Of a stretch of DNA of 64,000 nt, positions 62,590 through 64,000 are shown in pieces (position 1 is the stretch's first letter; each line of letters begins with the position of its first letter). The DNA is taken from assembly GCA_002104945.1 (NCBI GenBank), contig MCFH01000069.1, positions 182,454-246,453 on the forward strand, read 5' to 3'. The notes under the pieces are model-generated. The model saw only the letters and a list, made by a program, of their open reading frames with translations. It searched no databases and was not told where the DNA came from. The stretch comes from Piromyces finnis finn. Lineage: Eukaryota > Fungi > Neocallimastigomycota. The position numbers were made by a program, and so were the translations under genes.

Positions 62590-64000
62590 TGTAACAACAC
62601 GAGAGACTCAGGTTAATACAATACTAATTAACTATTTTTTGTATTAATAGTATATTTTATTAATAATTTGATTATTTTATATTATTAATACAAATTAACC
62701 TTAATACTAATTCTAAAGACTAAATTTACATGAATTTTATAAATTATTTATATTTACTATTTATAAATATTCTTATTTAATAATTATGAATAAACATTAT
62801 TCATATTGATTGGTAACTTCAATTGTTTAAATAAAATAGAGAACCCGGAGTCGAACACATGAAAGGTATGTCAGCGTCCAACAACCTGACGGCGAATCCA
62901 GCATGGAGAACCCCGAAATACAATTTTTGTGAAAAGATACAAAACCTTTATACGTTACAATGCCCTCCTTCTAATGTCGGATTCCAGACGACATTGAATG
63001 TGGTTTGTCTGGAAACTTTTTGTGGAAAGCTTTCAGTAATTCGGGGGCATGTATGTCTTCTGCGTTATCCCATGAACGATCTTCAGTAGGATATCCTTTC
63101 CAATCAACAAGATACTGAAGTGCTCCGTTGTTAATTCTAGAATCCAATATTTCGTTTACTTCATACTCTAGTTCATCGTTTACTAAAATGGGAGGCGGCT
63201 TTTGAATGTCTCGGTTTTCAAAGGTATTCTCAATATAGGGCTCAAGATTAGATATATGGAAAATGGGGTGTCTTCGGTCTCGTTTGGATAATTTTAACTT
63301 GAAATTTTGATTTTCTAAGCATTCAATAATTTCATACGGTCCCGATTTCCTAGGATCTAATTTCTTCATATTTGTTTTTCTTTTGGGATAGAGCAACCAT
63401 ACTTTGTCGCTTACATTTAAACTGGGAGGCACTTGTCTTTTCTTATCAGCATACTCTTTAAACTTTTCTTGGGCTTCTTTCATATTTTCCTTTAGTTTGT
63501 CAAGTGTCGTACCAATGTCACATACAACTTTTTCTGCTTCGGGAACTAAGGACGTTATTGGAAGATCAATTAAGAATTCTGGATCATACTTTAAGTTGGC
63601 CTTGAAAGGTGACATTATAATGGATTCCTGAATAGCATTGTTATAGGCAAATTCTGCGAATGAAATATACGATCTCCAGTCAGAATGTTTACTTTTAGTG
63701 AAACACCTGAGATACTGTTCAATTATACTATTAAGCTTTTCCGTTTGCCCATCAGTCTGTTGGTGATGAGCAGTTGAAAGTTTGGATTCACAGTGCAGTA
63801 CCTTACAAAATGTTGGAAGAATTTGGAATTGAATTGTGAACCGCGATCTGATATAATTTCCTTTGGAACACCATGTAGTCTGAATACATTATCCAAGATA
63901 AGTTGTGCAGTTTCTTCAGCTGAGGGAAGCTTTCTAAGTGAAATGAAATGACCCATCTTTGATAATCTATCCACCACTGTTAGGATAGCAGAATAATTGA
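62590..64000 (-). mobile_element. 3' end of Ty3/gypsy chromovirus element 3 (integrase, chromodomain, PPT, 3' LTR); runs off the window
   Basis: Integrase VDRLSK..ISDRGSQF, SGPY, chromodomain EYEVNEILDSR..YLVDWKGY (frameshifted). Purine tract AGAAGGAGGGCA. LTR 62590-62959 with TGTAAC...GTTACA termini. Confidence 0.9.

Noticed and set aside
1-64000. CRISPR arrays, rRNA genes, terminal inverted repeats of the viral element
   Set aside because: No repeat-spacer array or rRNA-like sequence was seen. No TIR pair is identifiable, and the right end of the element is deleted.

Overview
This is an extremely AT-rich eukaryotic window. Composition, the multi-CBM18 protein, the AAA-ATPase-like/PD-(D/E)XK genes and the ankyrin and Cys-rich families point to an anaerobic gut fungus (Neocallimastigomycota); that assignment is inference. 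(1) From 0.5 to 20.3 kb lie host-type genes, most of them damaged: a 6xCBM18 + phage-tail-lysozyme fusion, three Cys-rich paralogues, an ankyrin gene, a probable GPI-anchored protein and a doubled AAA-ATPase/nuclease gene. (2) From about 25.8 to 50.3 kb lies an intronless endogenous large-DNA-virus-like element. It has an intact family-B DNA polymerase, a D5-like SF3 helicase, an intact RPB2, three ORFans, and an RPB1 split into two separate genes at about the archaeal A'/A'' boundary. The A''-like gene is interrupted by a full-length chromovirus with a 5-bp TSD. The A'-like gene is truncated at its 5' end against another Ty3/gypsy element. A short diverged copy of one element gene sits at 5.9 kb. 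No capsid or packaging gene is recognisable. (3) From 50.3 to 64 kb is a retroelement graveyard of nested Ty3/gypsy elements and solo LTRs with TSDs. A tRNA-headed, poly(A)-tailed SINE has three copies (9.1, 57.5 and 59.5 kb). Several LTRs carry a Pol III A-box/B-box pair at tRNA-like spacing, and two elements have Tf1-type self-priming PBSs. All homology calls come from motif recognition by eye, with no database searches. Single-base homopolymer frameshifts could be assembly errors.
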